Positions 61,461 through 64,000 of a stretch of DNA of 64,000 bases are shown here, piece by piece. Both the position numbers and the translations under genes were made by a program. A model generated the notes under the pieces. That model was not told where the DNA came from, ran no database searches, and was given only the letters and a program-made list of their open reading frames with translations. Origin of the DNA: Tubiluchus corallicola (taxonomy: Eukaryota; Animalia; Priapulida). The number at the start of each line of letters is the position of its first letter. Position 1 is the first letter of the stretch. The DNA is taken from contig JAQGDQ010000101.1 in the NCBI GenBank assembly GCA_030141605.1, forward strand, positions 253,017 through 317,016. The letters are read 5' to 3'.

Positions 61461-63633
61461 AAACGATGAATGCAGTTAGCATGGCGAAGGTGCTGAAAAA
61501 CACGCGTTGAAGTCCCGAAAAAAAGTAGCCCTTCAGCAAACTTACTTAAAACTATAATTTTCGCATGAACATATTTATTTTTCAGCACATAATAAACAAT
61601 GCAGCTCTATAATTGTTCAGTATGTAACTAAAGTTTTTTTGCTTGCATATGTTACACGCAAAGTGTGAAGTAAAATAAATGGCTAAGTATTTTATGGAGT
61701 GTCAAAACAAACAAGGTCAAAAATGGTGTCTATTTTAATTTCTTCTACACTTTTCCTGGGAATTACATATAATATAAAAGTTTCATTAGGTAAATCTTGT
61801 AATTCTTTTGTCACGGGCACACTGTTCCTAGGCATTTTACGGAAGGGTGAATTTAGGCAACTATATTATTTAACTTTTAAATTTATTTCATACATTTAAA
61901 AGAACATAACATAATAAAAAATAAAACACTCAGCCATGCTATAAAATTACAAAGAAATAACTAAAATAGGAGTAATCTATCTACTTTTTTGCGTTAAAAA
62001 GCTAGTAGGAAAAGGTAAAAAGGCATATTTCAAGCAAACGTTCAGCAAGTTGTTCGTGATTATTTCATTCAAACATTGTTGACTACTGAAGAGTGTTGCG
62101 TTTTTGCATCTGGTACGTGATTCGTTAAAGCTTGGTCGTATTGTGTATGTCGTTGTTGACACATTTACCTTTAAAAGTTATCACAGGCCACAATTTTCAG
62201 TTTAGGAAACCATGATAAAGCCCGATTTTTCACTTTCCTAATACATTTCGGTATATAATACACTGTTACATGGTTGGGGCTTCATTTATTCAAAATGAAT
62301 GAAGGAATCTACTACAACAATGCACGTTCTTAATTTTTTAAAAAAAAACGAATAATGACAACAGCAAACGTTTCCCATGATTTTCTAATAGAAACCATTT
62401 TAAGTGAGAAAAATGGACGGGCCGGACACAAATCATGCTAGTACTTCCATTTTAGTTGCATATCATAATGTGGATACAGAAACTCCTAACTATTCGTAGC
62501 TTAAAAGAAGCATTTTACATAGGATTAGAAAAGAGCAATTAGTGCAATGAATAAAGTTACCAAGTGACGAAAAATGCTAGCAATTAATTAAATAAGCTAA
62601 GTGATTATAACGTCAGGGCGAAAAAGCATCATTGCCCAATGGTGCACGATGTTACCGTTGTTCCAACAAAAAGCAATCATATAACACCTGTATAAGAAGG
62701 AAATAGGACGTTTGGAGTGGAAATTTTCTATTAGGAGGCAAAAACCGAAAAATCGGTTTTGGGAACAGAAGTGCATCAAGTGTCTATGAATAGTACCGTG
62801 TAGCATATCAAGTGAAAGGTCTCGATGAAGCGAATCAAATGTGCTACTAAGTGAACTGTTTGACATACTTTTCTGATGTTATATTATGCAATCCCATAAT
62901 TATTTTAAAATCGACTAGTATATCTCATTCTTGCCACTCAGTTATGCACGTATTTTTATTTTCTATAAAAGCATTTAGGATATCAATAAAACAATGAACT
63001 CACCTGCTTATTTGAATTTCTTATTTATTTTAAAACAGACTAAGCTATTTTACGCATTGCAATGCCAGGTAAACATGCCAGACTTCCAAAACGCATTTTG
63101 CAATTTTATGAAATTTAACGCATATTGTACGCCACAGAAATGCATAATGTAATAACAAAATTCTAACCGATAATATAGCAACAAGCAGAATAAACGTTAC
63201 TTGGTACAATTTTTTTATATATAGTAAAATAATTTTGATTTTGGAATACGAAACTAGTGCGCATTACCCACGTGACTCATTCGCATCACAACCTTTTATC
63301 GCAATACCGCCAGCCTAATGAGTCAATAAGACAAATGACTACTCAATCTCCGCAAAAGAATTTTGCACACAAGCCAACAACAACCAACACCACATCTCCC
63401 ATGCCACGATACACGCACCACACCACCTAACCGGTATCAACCCTCATCAACCACACTGTAACTGTGTCCACGCATTATTGCCTAACTTTGCAGATATCTC
63501 ATTGAAAGGTGCTGCCACCTTCGTTTTCGGATCATGCACGCATGGGCAGCAGGCTGCTTAGTTTCCCTGCCATTGTTCTCAGTTTGCGCTGTTAAGAGTA
63601 GATGGTCGGGGGCGTGTCAAGTCACCTACCTTT

Positions 63634-63797
63634 ACGGTGAATACTTTAGTAATTCGGGGAATATGTTAATAATACAGTGAATACTTATATTAATATGGTG
63701 AATACGATACTACTAAGGTGAACACCTTAATAATACGGTTAATACGTTAGTAATACATTGAACTCATGTAAAATATATAGTGAATACTGTAGTAATT
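63634..63797. repeat. Degenerate ~19-bp tandem repeat (ACGGTGAATAC.TTAGTAAT)
   Basis: About 8 diverged units. Confidence 0.65.
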
Positions 63798-64000
63798 ATG
63801 TGACGTTTGTACGGTGATATGATTACGTTATGTTTACGAATAGCATCGTATGTCTTCAGCTGTGCTGTAGCAATAAAGACGTTTGTGTAATTTGATTAAG
63901 ATCTTCACTGTGTTATGCGCCAAAATTAATTCTCACCCTCTGAAGGCGTAATAACCCATCTTAATCCTAATGCTAGTGCACACGCGATACCATCCACATT

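Overview
AT-rich eukaryotic (invertebrate-animal-like) genomic DNA, not prokaryotic: spliced genes with GT-AG introns and a dense, nested transposon landscape. All calls come from manual reading and translation; no searches were run. Host genes: the 3' end of an unidentified spliced gene (73-790); a SCAF4/SCAF8-like RNA polymerase II CTD-interacting (CID) gene (5529-~15790) that appears short, with no long RS tract and no RRM exon found; and a DUF1647-like exon (minus strand, ~61.1-61.5 kb). Mobile DNA: a near-intact Gmr1-type Ty3/Gypsy element with integrase before RT, a SCAN-like capsid and mosaic LTRs (15770-24247), apparently inserted into the last SCAF exon; a degenerate canonical Gypsy with 155-bp LTRs and a truncated tRNA-Leu PBS (38277-43909); a non-autonomous Helitron; a Kolobok-type THAP element with a nested Harbinger-MADF derivative; an ISL2EU/Harbinger-type THAP relic carrying two related solo LTRs; LINE relics; Penelope-like inverted fragments with hammerhead-like cores; a TIR element with RSS-like (CACAGTG-23-ACAAAAATA) ends; and several mini- and microsatellites. 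No CRISPR array, rRNA or tRNA gene was seen.
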